The notes under the pieces are model-generated. The model was not told the DNA's origin. It saw only the letters and a list, made by a program, of their open reading frames with translations, and did not search any database. A DNA stretch of 64,000 nucleotides from positions 233,678,001 to 233,742,000 of the forward strand of contig OZ024742.1 of NCBI GenBank assembly GCA_964016885.1. The letters are read 5' to 3'. Of the stretch, positions 50,226 to 64,000 are shown piece by piece; within the stretch, counting starts at the first letter, position 1; every line of letters begins with the position of its first letter. The position numbers and the translations under genes are program-made. The DNA comes from Eledone cirrhosa (taxonomy: Eukaryota).

Positions 50226-53200
50226 TGTAATATATACTATAAATATTTGAATTAATAAACCCACTGAAATGCGTAAGCATGTCCTGAGAGGAGTAACCCC
50301 AATGAGATTGTCCGAGTCAGAAGTCATTTACTGTAGATAAAGGGCGTATTAAATAGCATAACCATAAATGGGGAGGGGGTGCAGTCATAGGACAGGGTGT
50401 TTTGTCAGATATGCAGTTGTTTTAAGATGCGTCCGGGATGTTCATTATGTAGTGAGAATGGATGTGGGGTGGGGGTGGCACTCATGTGGGCATGTGATAA
50501 ATATGACAATTGAATGAGGCGGGGTTACATGTTCAAGCCTGAGCAAAATATGTGTCCAGAAAATGTTTTGAATTCAGCGCATCACATCCTTCTGGAGTTT
50601 TGAAATTCATTTCTTTCTTGTATTTGTTTGGACTAAATTATCAAACTGCCACTTGGGCCAGGACCTTCGATAGAAGGTTCAAACGGGTAAGCTTCACTTT
50701 GATTTTCTTCTGTTGGTACATTGAAGCATGTTTGATCATAATGTTTTCTGTGTTCACCTCCATCTTCTAAATCCAAAATTTCCACCATCAGATTATGAAT
50801 ATTCTCCAATATGATACCTTATGCTGGTCACGTATCGTTACCTTTGAAGAAATGGACTTCTGACTATGCAATGGATTGGAGGTTTGAACATAAGGTATGA
50901 TTCTTTAAACAATTTCAGAGGATTTTCATAGGTTGTTGCATGAACAGCATTTTAGTATTGAAGCAGAAAGTTATCAATGCATTTTTTGAGAGACATAAAA
51001 TTGATGTTTCATAACTTTGAATGCAGTTTTCCGTGTTCCTTTGAAATCCTTGACTTTTCCATTAGATCTTGGATTGGGTGGAGCAGTAAAGATATGTCGA
51101 CACCCGACACTCTTCAATCAGTTATGCATGAGGCAGTGAAATGAGTTCCATTGTTAGTAACAAAAGTGGAACTCCCCCATGACAATGTCTTCCACAATGC
51201 AAGCATTGTGAATTTGGCATTTGGTGTTTTCATGAGATAGACATCTGGACATCTGGAATAGGCATCAATCATCACAATCACATAATATTGCTGGTGAAAT
51301 GGACCACAGTAGTCAGAATGAACGCATTTCCAATGTTGATAATTTGTTGGTCATGGTTTCCACTCTGAAGACTTCGTTTTACGGCTGTGGCATGCCAAGC
51401 AATTTTTTGCAATTTGTCGTATATCTGCATTTATCTCTAGCCACCATACTGTCTGACAGGACAATGATTTCATCTTCTCAACTCCAAGATGGCAGGAATG
51501 AAGATCTTCAAGTACCGCTTTATGATGTGTAGGCAAAACAATAATGCAGTCATTCAGGTAAGTGATACCATTGCAAGTTACCGAAATTTCTTCGTTAATC
51601 AGAAGTTCCAACCCGTTTTCAAGGCTTTCATAATGCTACCATAGTATTTTCAGGTTTCATGATGAAAATCAACATGCTGAACTGGAAGTGAAGACATCAA
51701 AAGCATCTTGGACTCTTCTTGTAGAGGATCCATATTTGAATATCATGATATAAAACAATCAATATGGGTTATATCTTTGCACCATGGCAATCAAACATTT
51801 TGCCAATGATTTATCAGGACTGAAAATAAAAGTAACAGCCCTATGGCCGATAGTTATAGTAAACTGAAGATTAAACAGAAAAGATATTTACATTATACTG
51901 GGAAGAAACAACACCTGGAATACCATTTGTAATATTATTGATTTCCTTTTGAAATATTGCTGAGGTCGACAATCTGAACGGTAAAAAATTGAACCAAAAT
52001 AACCCAAAGGTTTATTTATAGTTGTCAGCTGGCTTGATTCCTCATCCAACAGCAGCTGCAGGAGTGTATTCTTCAAGTCTATAGTCGAGAATATTGTGGA
52101 TCAATTGATTTTATTCAATATTGTACACCCATAATTCTGTAAAACTTTATTAACAATGATTCTGTAATTGCGACAGATCTTAGATGTCACAAAATCTCAC
52201 TTCATTGGTACCACAATTGGTGTTGCCGATTAAGATGCATTTACAGGGTTTTAAATGCCTTGCTCAACCATCTTGTATAATGCATGCTTAACTATGTCTC
52301 AATGAAATCATATCCGCTCTCTTGCTCTGGAACCCTGACTCCAGCCTGACTAGGAGTAGGAAGCTGTCATTCCCTGACGTTATCTCTAGGGTATACGGGA
52401 ATCAGTAGACAGGACCTGGGGGCAGCGATGGGGGACAGGGAATTCTGGGGCATGAGAGTGAGAACCATCATCTCGACAGTAGTCGACGAGTGATGATGAT
52501 GATGTCTCAAACTATATGAGATCACATGCCTTTTCATAAATATAGGTTCTCTAGCTACATCAAGGTAGATTTTTGGAATTTCCATGCTACTATTGGATTT
52601 TGAACAATGATCTATCAGCACTGGAATGTCAAAAATATATTGAATGGAAATAGCTTAAGAAATATTTAAGGCTTTCATGGAGTCGAGGCCAAAAATTGAG
52701 TAGCCAGATTTGGGTACTTGAAAGTGACAAGTTTACAATTGGTTATTTGAATTGTAAATAGGAATGCTAGTCTGGCCTACCAGCTCTACCTTGTACCCAC
52801 TCGCACTGAAAGTGTTGGCCACAGTTGAATATATTTCTGCTTGAGGATAAAACGTTTTGACAGAATTCAGGCTTATCAACAATTCTACATTATCCGTGTC
52901 AATGATGATATCATGAGTTCTATTTGCACTTGACTTGAACATCTGCACAATATATCTTGAGCCTGTGGTTACTAAAGTGACTGAATCGAGGTTAGTCATC
53001 ACTTAGTTTTTCTGTGGTTATAAGCACCTTATAATCTACAAACTCAAGCTATGTGCCCTGACATGTGGCATTTTCTGCAAATAACATTATGAAATTGGTA
53101 ATCTTGTCTTAGGTGTCTATTGCAACAAAAATAACAAGAATTGAACAAACCAGAGTTTCCAGTATTTCTGTAAAGAACACTGACTTAAGATCTTATGGAT

Positions 53201-53836
53201 AGATCAATGTCTTCACCAGTGAAAATGCTTCCTTTCCAATTGCAGTTAGGAAAAAACCCTTGATAGCCTTTTTTGAAATATTTTCCTTTGCCTTAACCCA
53301 AAAGTCAAAACGATCCAAGTAGTTCTGAACTACTTCAGCAAGCAAGGAAATATCTAAAAATTCGATCTTTAGGTCCATTTGAATTATTATAGAAATAGTT
53401 GTTGAAGCAAAGACTTATTGACAGCAGTGGTAGAAGAATTGAAGAATGTTGAACTCCTAAATTTTCCTAGGGATTCTTGCTGTCTTCATGATCATTTGAA
53501 ATGAGTAAAACCAGCTGTCTAGTTAAGCCCATCCCAAGAGTAGTGACCACCAATAAGACTGAGTCAGGTCCTTTACTGTAGACAAAAAGTGTGTTAAATA
53601 GCATAACCATAAATGGGGCAGGGTGAGGTCGCAGTCATGTAATGGTGTGTTTTGTCTGACATGCAGATGTTTTAAGAGATATCTGGAATGTTCCATTATG
53701 TAATGAGAATGGATGTGAAGGGAAGGTGGAACTCATGTAGGTATGTGATAAATATGACAATTGAATCAGGAATGTTACATGTTCAATCCTGAGCAAAATA
53801 TGTGTCCAGAAAATGTTTTAGATTCAGTACATTACA
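50226..53836 (-). mobile_element. Degenerate Gypsy/Ty3 LTR retrotransposon
   Basis: Diverged LTRs ~50226-50586 and ~53480-53836 (TG starts on -); gag YLDRFDFW..FFLTAIGKEAF, protease IIDTD, RT LDEESSQLTTIN, integrase HHCC (LHSCHLG..CLAC) in gag-PR-RT-IN order; RTE tail inserted ~52310-52505. Confidence 0.88.
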
Positions 53837-55496
53837 CCCACTTATAAATATTTTCTGTTAAGTTATTTATTATAAGATGTTATGAGTTAATGGGAGCAGC
53901 CACTCTCACCCTAAATTTGTGGTTTTGTACCAATGCTAGAAGTAATTATTAGTACTATATGGTGGTGGATTGGCAGTATTGGTGAAAGGTCAGACATCAT
54001 GCTTTGCAGCATAGAGTTACGGCCCTTTACGGTCTGAGTTCAAATCCTGCTGCGGTTAACTTTGCCTTTCATCCTTATGGAGTCGGTAAAATAAAGTACC
54101 AGTAATGCACTGGGATAATTGATGGCCTTGTGCCAAAAGAAGAAATAATTATTAGTAATATTGGCAAGTTTGGATTTTTAGTTGTTTTAGGGAGTTTGGA
54201 GTATTTACTTTTGTACTTCTTAAACCTCAAGGTGTGGTATAAAAATAGATATACTGAAGTCAATTGAGTTAACTGGCTACTGCCCTATAACTATATGGCC
54301 TTTTGCCAACAAAAATAAAATTTGATCAAAAGGCTGCCTTAGCAAATTTGGATAACTCACAGATGTGAGAAATATACTTGTTAAGCAGTCAGAATATATT
54401 TGAGTTATCAGCAACTTTCCTAATAACATGTTCTTGGTATGTTAGCAGCTTTTATAAAAGTTTGATTTTGAAAACGAACATAAAGTCATTAAAATATCAT
54501 CACTTAAATTTATAAAAATTTGTTAAAAATCTGTAAAAGATTTCACAGTTGATAACAATAGTTACAGATCAAAATATATTATTAATAACAAATGTTGAGA
54601 AATGCTGATGTTATATTTCTTTTCATATAAATTATATTTCCTTTCATGTAATGTGGCCATGTAGGTAACACGGTAAAAAGTTCCCAGTTCCACATTGTAA
54701 ATGTGGTTGGTGTTAGGAAGGGCATCCAGCCGTAGAAAACCTGCCAGATAGTCCTATATGAGCGAGACACGGTCACCCAACCAACCGTGCCTCAAGTGGG
54801 ACAACTCCCATCTAACCCATGCTAGCGTGGAAGATGGACGTTAAATGAAGATGATGATGATGATGGTAATCATCAACTAATTGGTTGTAGAGAAAAAGAA
54901 TTATTGATATTAATTTGTTGGAGCTAATAACTTCAGTAAATTTTTTTGTGTGATTTTCCGGCTTATATGGGAAATTAAATAATGGTTGTGTATATCTTTA
55001 TGACTATGAAGTTAAGATGGGTGCTGGTATTATTTAATCACATGATCCTAATTTCAAAACTTATGACTGTCATTTCCTCTGAACAAGGTACATAACTCTG
55101 CTTGGCCATATTTGAATGAGTGATGAACACATTTCACTCACTAAATCATGATTAGCAGCAGTAAGAAGAGCATCCAGCTGTAAAAATAATTGCTTCAACC
55201 TAACAATATAAATATAAAAAAAAAACATGGAAGCAGCAGAGAAAGCATCTAGATGGCTATAGCTGAGGATAAGTTACCAGTGAGATCAGTCACTTGGACA
55301 CAGACTGGGGCTTGATCAACACTGATCGGGTCACTCTGAAATACCTAGTGACTCAGTGATACAAGAGTGGCAATGGGTGCAAAGTTTTTGATCTGTGGAT
55401 GTGTGATGCAAACACACATATATATATATATATATATATATTTAATTTCCTTCACTAAACTTCTCTTATATGTATCTGTTCTCTCCTTATCCGCAC

Positions 55497-55532
55497 TTTT
55501 CTGATGAAGGACTTCTGTCCGAAACATCAAAA
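55497..55532 (+). ncRNA. Minimal type I hammerhead ribozyme (Penelope pLTR type)
   Basis: tttt-CTGATGA-a-ggac(ttct)gtcc-GAAA-ca-TC-aaaa: intact core, 4-bp stems I and II, predicted cleavage after 55528. Confidence 0.7.
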
Positions 55533-55750
55533 CCTCCTCCACTTTCACCAAGCAGGAACCTAATATAACTGTTTTAAAATTTGCTTCCGGTGTTTTGTTT
55601 GTTTCATTTATTAACTATATAAATATATATTGATTGGCTGACTGAATATGCACGTGTGTTTTTTCCATCTTTACTATTTCCCATTTTTCCCTGTTCATTC
55701 CACTTCTCACTCTTTATTTTTCTATTTTATCATCTATTTCTAACTCTATC

Positions 55751-55784
55751 TTCTGGTGAAGGGCTAGTTCCCGAAACGTTAAAA
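55751..55784 (+). ncRNA. Second, degenerate hammerhead motif
   Basis: tt-CTGgTGA-a-ggg(ctagtt)ccc-GAAA-cg-TT-aaaa; A6->G; 252 nt after the first. Confidence 0.5.
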
Positions 55785-56809
55785 CTCTTTTCTTGCTATT
55801 TCAAGCATTAAACTAATATTTCTTCAATTTATTGTCACTTGCTTTGTTATTTCTGTTTACTTTTTAAAACAGTGATTTCCTTATTTAAAAACCAGTTTCA
55901 AAACATTGTAAAGTAAAAAATATATACCAATAATAATATTACCCATATCTGAATTTCTGGGGAGAAATGGTCTGTATCCTCTAAAAATGTTTGTTTTTTC
56001 ATTGATACTTGGGAAACACACTTGAACATGTGCTGCAGTAAGTCAATTTAGCTAATAAAGGTGAAAGAATGGTATTTAACTAATGTAATGGTACGCGGTA
56101 TATCTATTTTAAATCCGTAAGCCTTGTTTATTTATTTTATATTCGATACATCGTTATGTTTTCACTTTACATACTGGATAAATAATATTTGTATTCTCTT
56201 TATGTTTTCACTTACATACTGGATAAATAATATTTGTATTCTCTTAATATTTTCCTTTTTTCTTCTTTTCTTTCTTTTTCAGTAATTGTTACACCATAAT
56301 TTTTTTTTTTTTTTTAGGTTTTTATTACAAGAAGAAGTACAATAATCAGTTTTGTTTATCTTATTTCTCGCTCTATTCTCTGAAATAGTAATTGTATTTC
56401 ATTGTATTTTTAATTGATTGATTACTGAAATATTGTAATTGGTGATCTGTATTGCTATCTTTCTTTAAATAATGCATATTTTTAGAGTACTATATATATC
56501 TTTTTTAACTTATTTTATTTTCTGAGTTAGTAATTGCATTTCGTTTTATTTTTAATTTTATTTTAGTTTTAGTTTTAATTGTTTGATTATTATAATTGAA
56601 ATATGGAAGAAACAAATGCTCATGTAGATGGGATCCGAACTCACCAAAACTGGACAGTAAAGGAACTACAACTTGTGCTCAGTGCATGGAGTTCAGCAAA
56701 TGACTTTCTTTCAAACTAATTAAGGAGACTGTACTGAGCTGTAGCTTTCTGAGAACTTCGACACAGATAGAACAAAAAAAGAATTGTTAGGCCACACATG
56801 GATCAGCTG

Positions 56810-58260
56810 AGCTATATTTTCACATATCGGAAATTCCAGTATTGGTGTGTGTCTGTTGGTTTGTAAAATAGGCCTGTTTTGATATTTTCCTCTTCTTTAA
56901 TTATTAGGATGTCTAAAAATGGTGGTTCCTTTGTATTGCATTCCAAAGTAAATTGTATTGCTTCATGTAGCCCATTTATGATGGAATGGAACCTTTCCAC
57001 GCCTTCTTGGCTTCTATTCCAGAAGATGAAGCAGTTGTCTAGGTAACGTTGTTATTTACGCAGGTAGTAAAGTCATGGTTAAATGTTTCCTGCAGCTGGG
57101 AATATCATCTTACCTCTGGGTGGCCCATAACGAATGTGGTATATGTTGGGGCTACCTTTGTGCCCATGGCTGTCCCTTTTATTCGTTATCAAAATGAAAG
57201 TGGTTGTTCTCCAATACTATTTTCAGTCCTTCCAAAATAAACTCTTTTGGGAACCTCTCTGAAATGTAATCTGTGTTTTGTAATCCAGAAGACTACAGCT
57301 TCAATTCCTAAACTATGTGGGATGCTTGTATATAATCTTACGTCAAAGCTGACTTTCTGGGGGATATAGTTCAGGAATTCCATATCATCTCTGATGAAGT
57401 TTAGTACCTTTTTACATAAGGGTTTCAGTATGATGTCTAATAGGGTCCTTAGAAGCTGTGTGCTTCAGGCTGGACCGGCAACGATTGGGCGTAATTTTAA
57501 ATCTGTCGGTTTTGGTATTTTGACATATGATGTATTTTTACCTTTTATGTTGTTTTGAATTTCTCTTGATTTCTAAATTTTAGGCAATCCATAAAAATTA
57601 CTGGTTTTCACTGCAAAGTTAGTTAAGTAATTGATTTCCTTTAGCGTAAGGTTATTTTGATATTTTGTAGTCAGTTTACCTACTTAGATCAATATTTTTC
57701 TCCCTTCACTTTTGTTCCTTTTCTTGTAAAAGTTCTCGTCATTTAACTGTTCTCGTGATTTTTATCCTTGATTACGATTGCTCCGCCTTTGCCAGCTTCT
57801 TTTATAATTATTGAGGAGTCTTTTTGTAGCTTGTTTAATGCTAGCAGTTGGTCTGTAAGAATGTTGCGTTTGTGGTTCTTCTCTGCAATATTTGACTGTG
57901 CTGATCGTTATAGGCAGGTTATGTATTCCTCCAGGTGTTTGTCTCTATGTAACGGGGATTTGAAATTCTTTTTGTTTTTTACTAGTGATTATTCCTTGTA
58001 TTCTACACCCTGGAAGAAATCTCCTAGATGTAAATTTTGACAAAAATCCTGTGTATTTTATAAGGCCGGCTTGGTCTGGTTTTGGAGTGGGTGTAAATTT
58101 CAGTCCATTTTCTAACAGTTTAATTTCCTGTTGTGCTAATTTTTTTATGGATATGTTAATTATTTTTGGTCCCCTTGGGTTTTTCCCACCAAGTTCCACT
58201 TGAAGGGTGGTGCTTTTTCTTTTTTCCCCCTTTTTTTCCTTCATTTGGTGGGAGGTGCCC
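56810..58260 (-). mobile_element. Penelope-like reverse transcriptase, degenerate
   Basis: LENGLKFTPTP, IKEAGKGGAIVI, FYGLPKI, LRPIV, SFDVRLYTSIP, GTAMG, RYLDNCF, PFLDI, FYKPTDTH. Confidence 0.88.
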
Positions 58261-59356
58261 TCACCAAAGTTAACAAAGGTCTTATTAAATCTACATAGCA
58301 AAATTATAAAATTGTGAAATTATAAAATCAAATTGTTATAGAATATCAACTACAAGTGAAGTCATTCTTTTCCTTTTTTCAAATATATCTAACTGTACCA
58401 AGGATCTCACGTTTTTTCAAATATATATATATATATATAAACATACATATATTCATGTATATTTTGATATCCTACATTGTCATATCATTTCAGTCACTTC
58501 TGCTGTACAATTGGTGTTGTGTACCAGACTAATTCAATATCATGACTTTTGAAAATTTTCCAGGATTACTTTCTGTATGAAGTGAACATTAATGTGATGA
58601 GCTAAAACAATGTTTAATCAATTGAAATTATATTGTAATGAGAAGGAAATATCATTAATGCTAACAAACATTATTATCAAAAGAAACAAAGGAGAATCAG
58701 TCCTAGTGAAAAGCAATTTTTAGATAGAATTTTGTCAAATTGCTTAAGCAGTATAAAATATCTTCATATTGTACATATTTTCTTGTTTCAACAAATGGAA
58801 TTGGTGGTTGTAATTGTTGTTTAGCCCTAGAATAACCCTAGACAGGGCTATGATCAGGATCATACTATGCAATACATCTTTCATTAACTCTTTCGCATTA
58901 ACATTATACTACTGCATTTTTGTGGTAAAGGCTTTACCTCACATAATATCGGATCTATGAGATTATTTATTTTGAGAACAAATCTTAACATAAGTATAAG
59001 CAGCCGGTTATGGCTGGTTTGAATAAAAAGAGGTGAGAGAGTTCTGGCTGGATACAGCCAGTTTAAATGCTAAAAGGTTAAGACAGTGAATATGATTTGA
59101 TTATTTTTGGTTGCTATTTCTAAGAGTATAAAGTGAATGTGTAAAGGCTTCCTTCTTAGCTGGAAAGTTGTTAACATAGGCAGATTTCCAGTAACATAAT
59201 CAAAAGAATGATGGAAAATGTGAATAAAATTCAAAATGCATGCAGCTTAACGAAAGGTAAATAATAGAAGAGCTCTAGCAGATGAGTAGAATACATAACT
59301 TAGGCATAACATATAGTTAACATTTTTTAAAAATTCAAAAATTTTAGATTCCATAC

Positions 59357-59516
59357 CAATAAATTCATTCCGTATCCTCATTCTATCCAGGATGTTCTCA
59401 TTGGCAAAAATGATGGAATTAACAAGAGCCAAAATACTAACTTGATATGTTGCCAGATCTGCATGACGAAGTTCGTTTAATATAAGGCTAAATCGATATT
59501 GTAATTTCTGCCATGT
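59357..59516 (-). CDS. INF2: INF2-like formin, DID exon
   Basis: ttttccag|TWQKLQYRFSLILNELRHADLATYQVSILALVNSIIFANENILDRMRIRNEFI|gtatgg; resembles INF2 QYRFSIVMNEL...RNEFIG; 160 nt, phase 0->1. Confidence 0.92.
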
Positions 59517-59879
59517 CTGGAAAATAAATAAATATCAAATTAGAATAAAGAAAATATGTTTAAAACTAATATTTACACTCATCATAAAAATTGTATAAAA
59601 TGTTATAAAATTTTACATTTATTGAGAAGGACTCTAGAAACAGTTTAATAAAGACTGACACAGCCTATATCATCATCATCATCATCATTTTAGTCCACTT
59701 TCTATGCTGGTATGGGTTTGACGTTTTTATTTTTTTAATTACAAGGTTAGAGATTATTTTCATGCCGACATTTCAACAATTTTTCTCATCTCAACAGCAA
59801 ATAACTACCCCTATCATAGAGGTAGTTATTTTCTGATATATACTTACGATATAAAAAAAATGTGCTGAGCACCTGAAGT

Positions 59880-60720
59880 GGAGTTACTTGTGAATGAGCG
59901 AGACCAGGCAAGATATGGGCTCAAGTTGTGAAAAATGAATTCAAGAAATTGAATACAACATATATTCCTCACTAAACTCAGTACTTTGTCTCACTTTGCT
60001 GACAACACCCCTATACATGGCTTGTACTGCTCTCACAAGCCACTCATCTACATCCAGTTTCCCTAAAGACCACCAGATCTTGGTAATATGTCCATGGCAT
60101 TTTGCAGATCTACAAAAGCTAGATATAGTGGCTTGTATAGAACCTCTATTGTAGTTGCCTCACTAAGAAGAGGGCATCTATGGTGTTCCTTCTGGGAACA
60201 AAACCAAATTGCATCCCATCTAATTTGTCTCTTCCTTTAATAAGGTGTGCCAAAACTCTTTCTGACACTTTCATAACTTCATCCATCAGTTTTGTACCCC
60301 TGTAGTTGTTCCTTTCTAGAATATTACCACTTCCCTTGTTGCAAATAATGATTATACTGCTATACCAGTCATTGGATATGGCCTAACTGACTGACTATAC
60401 AAGTTACTAGCTTGAATACTTCTACATAAGATTATTTCAGCATCTCAATGACTATCCCTGATGGTCCTGCTTCTTTTCCCCTTATCATATCCTTGGTTGC
60501 ATTTTTGACCCTACAACTGATAGCTGATCCCTCCATGGAGTCTACTGGGATTACTCTTGCTTGCCTTTATTCATAACAGCTCCAAGCCTCTTTCTTCTTA
60601 GCATCAGTGAGGCTAAGTATACCAGTATCATTCATTTTAGACACTTTTCCTCAACCACATTCTGATTCACACTGACACACTGATTCGCAATACAGAATAC
60701 TTTTTGCTTCTGATCCTCAA
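59880..60720 (-). mobile_element. RTE LINE RT fragment
   Basis: KGNILERNNY.GTKLM...QFGFVPRRNTIDA...FVDL relics. Confidence 0.75.
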
Positions 60721-62481
60721 GTTGCAATTGCAACAAAAACAACAAGCCTTGGGTTGTGGTTACTATGGTTGTTGTCTGAAGGTACATAGACTTGATTGAT
60801 TTAATCATTGATTGACAGATAGGTATATAGATAAATAGGTAGATATGTAGGTGGATAGATAGGTATGTTAGTAGATATGCAGGTAGGCAGATTTATAAAC
60901 AGAAAAATAAATATTGCTATTGTTGTCTGGCTGCTGTGATATCCACTAATTTTCTACTGGGTTTTCAATGCACATCATAGTTGATTTTGTTGTTGTTTTA
61001 AACAAAGACACAAAAAAGTAAGAGAAATGGAGAAAGATGCATGCATGCTGTACAGCTTCTGTTATCAACCAAGACAAGAGTTTTATATATTTAGATATAC
61101 ATGTGAACATATGTGCTTGGTAGAGAAGGGTGGGCCCAACTGGATGGTTAAGTTCGGTTTATAACTACAAGGTTCCAGATTCAATCTCACTGTATAGTAC
61201 CTTGGACAAATGTGGTCTACTATGGCCATGAGTTGATCAATACCATTTGAATGAAATTTGGCCATCAGAAACTGTGCAGATTCCCATTGTATGCTGATGA
61301 CATAGTTATTGTGGCTGATGCTGATGAACACATCAACAGACATATAGATGATCTCGAAAACGACTCCATCATTATATTTACAATCCAGCATAACTCTAGC
61401 ATAAACTCAGACCATATCATTACCCCATTCAGAAATATAAATATAAAAATAGGGAACAATGTATATAGCACTCCAGTATACACAGAATCACAAATAAATA
61501 CCAATAAATGCATGCATGTGTCTCTATAAATTAAAAGTGTTTTGCCAAATCCCTCATTAAAAGAGCTTTTAAATGTTCATCTCCTAATTAAACTTTAAAT
61601 GGGGAAATCTTGTAAATTAATGATATGAGCAATGACAGATATTCTAATACTTAGATTTATAGATATAGATCATCCCATTGATGACTTATGGGGTCGATAA
61701 AATAAAGTACTAGTAATCCACTGAAGGCGATTTAACCGACTTTCTCCTCCCACCAAAAACTGTTGGCCTTGTCCCGAAATCAGAAACCATTATATTGTTG
61801 TGATTTTTTTCCATGTTGACATCTGTCTCTCTCTATCTCTCTCTCTCTCATATGTATATATATATATATATATATATACAGTATTCCCCCACCCCCTCCC
61901 ACTGTAAAGTGGTCGTGTAGGTCTCACGACAAATAGCACCCGGTACTCATTGAAAATGAGGATGACATTCATTAAAAAGGGCATCCAGCTGTAGAAATCA
62001 AGCCAAAATTAGTTCTGTGTGAGTAAGACATGGTCACCTGACCCAGCATTGCCCACAACAACTCGTCTAACCCATGCTAGCATGGAAGCATGGACGTAAA
62101 ACGGTGATGACTATATATATATATATATATATATTTGGGGAGGGTCATATTTGTGTAATAATATTGCCAGAATTAATAACAGAACACACTCACTGTTTGG
62201 TTGGTTTTCGCTTCTCTGTCTTTTATATCGGTTAATTTAATTTATTCGGTCCTCAATGTTGCCATTGACTGACCAACGGTCAAAAATACAGATACAATAT
62301 AGACACAAACACATATATATAGTCTATCATATATATATATATATGTTTAGGGGGTCACCACTGAATAGAACTGGTCATTCCGTTTAGTTTTCCATGATGT
62401 AATAGTAGGAAAAGCACTCTACGTTACCAACTCGTCCATCATTAATGTTGAATCCTGGGGCTGATGCAGGAACAGAGTTAA

Positions 62482-62814
62482 ATATTAGTTTGATTAAGAT
62501 AACAGGAGGCCGAACTGGTAATGTTCCTTTAAGGTTTTATTGTTGCAAAAATACTATATATATTTCAATGGCTCAGCGACATCATCGGGAACGTATTGCA
62601 TAATTAGTTAATCAATAAAGGAATTACGACAAACACAAACAGAAAATATTGAATAAAATATTTGATTCAGAGATGGCCTGCGAAATAGTTGTTATTGTTG
62701 CTGCAGACCATCTCTGTAACCAGGCCATTGAAATATATATAATGTTTTTGCAACAATAAAACTTTAAAGGAACATCACCAGGCCAGCCTTCTGTTATTTT
62801 AATCAAACTAATAT
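62482..62814. repeat. Fold-back with ~90-bp diverged inverted arms
   Basis: 62482-62572 versus 62724-62814. Confidence 0.75.
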
Positions 62815-62859
62815 ATACATATATATAATCTCTCTCTCTCTCTCTCTCTCACACATACG

Positions 62860-63400
62860 GATGTATAAGGAATGATGTCCGGAACAAATGTAGCCAGGTG
62901 GTGGACCCATATTGCACATTTCCTAGAAGAACTAGAGGTCAACGGACAGGACATCCTCCAGCACCTGCTTCCTGAAATTACCACACTTCAGTGAAAATAT
63001 ATCCACAGAGCCATCCGTAAGGAAGGACTAGATATACAGTCAGCCCACTCCGGCCCTTCTCTATAAGAGCACCTATCAAAAGAAGCAACTCAGGGACAAT
63101 AATAGCCAATGCACGCTAGCAAACTGCCTCATTCGTAACACAGGTATGCGTTAGTGGGCATACATGATATGGCAACAAATACAGGAATTTTTACATCGGT
63201 AGTACCTTTAGACCTCTTCACATCTGCATTAAAGAACATCTAAACATACTCGCATCCTCCTTCATGAAACACATAGACAAATACAAAAACAACAACAAAG
63301 ACATAGCAGTTACTATTGAAGTCACAGGCAACCTTAGAATCAAAGAAGCAATACTAATTAATAGCTAAACTTAACCCACAAATCAACAACAGATTACAAC
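62860..63400 (+). mobile_element. Degenerate Penelope GIY-YIG fragment related to 4432-4926
   Basis: AIRKEGLDIQ...FYIGSTFRPLHICIKEH..ASSF.KHI...LRIKEAI. Confidence 0.8.
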
Positions 63401-63589
63401 ATTTGATATGAATACGTGCACACATTTATGATGACTGCTGCACATATATACACAAAACAACAATTAAAATAAAAGTGCTCATTAGCCTATTTCACAATAT
63501 AACGAAAACATTCGATAATGATTAATTAATAAGATATTTATTCAACACATTTCAATTGTATTATATAATGTTTGCAATAAAAAAAAAAG

Positions 63590-63800
63590 TAAACGAAAGA
63601 AATCTGGGCACTGCCGCTCTTAATGCGGAGAGGAAGTTAGCCAAATACTGGGACTTAACTAACCATTTCCTTTTTGTGCCAGTCGCCTATGAAATCTCAG
63701 GTGTTTTCGCTCCCTACATTGCCGTTTTTAATCACAAAATTTAGAGGAGTGCATCCCACATGGAAAAGAATGATTAATGTAATGGGTGTCAATGGCTGTT
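63590..63800 (+). mobile_element. CRE-like non-LTR element, REL endonuclease end
   Basis: AERKLAKYWDL..HFLFVPVAYEISGVF matches the K..KY..L...F.P.A.E..G pattern. Confidence 0.55.
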
Positions 63801-63962
63801 CTCCACTGCAATGCCTTTGCCATTCTGTCTGCAGGTCGCTGCTGAGATTTACTGCCTAGACACCTAGACAGAGGTGTAGTGTCTGCTGCTTCTTCCACCC
63901 TCCTTTCACTTACATTCGCTACTTTTTCTCTCTCAAATTGAAATAGGCAGATGACATTTTAC

Positions 63963-64000
63963 CTTATATTTTTCTAAAGCATCAAGTGTAAGGAAATAGC
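63963..64000 (-). CDS. INF2: INF2-like formin, DID exon (truncated by window end)
   Basis: Reads YFLTLDALEKYK then GTAAAA donor; resembles INF2 GHVLTLDALDHYK; phase 0 fits next exon. Confidence 0.8.

Noticed and set aside
54361-54419. Possible small formin exon with GTGAGT donor
   Set aside because: No similarity to INF2, weak acceptor, and not needed for phase
56155-56246. ~46-bp direct tandem duplication
   Set aside because: Ordinary local slippage in AT-rich intron
48597-59356. U12-type intron (pyrimidine-poor acceptor, tacttaat near AG)
   Set aside because: Donor is GTATGG, not GTATCCTT

Overview
Eukaryotic, AT- and microsatellite-rich animal DNA; the SINE, RTE, Penelope and mariner content and gene sequences point to an octopod cephalopod (inference). 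Two host genes lie tail-to-tail. On + is the last (homeobox) exon of the ParaHox gene Xlox/Pdx (1201-1697). On - is an INF2-type inverted formin (DID-FH1-FH2-DAD/WH2) with 13 phase-consistent GT-AG exons from beyond 64000 down to 14295 (~887 codons visible). No Cdx is seen downstream of Xlox. Most notable: a formin intron holds an intronless CCDC30-like copy whose 5' end is inverted and disabled (twin-priming geometry) while a 496-codon ORF stays open and could be spliced in frame to the formin DID. The window also has Penelope-type hammerhead ribozyme motifs (one with an intact core), several fold-backs, inverted SINE pairs hugging formin exons, a degenerate Gypsy element, a mariner, RTE/CR1/CRE LINE fragments and MITEs. 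Family names rest on motif recognition from memory; no database searches were run.
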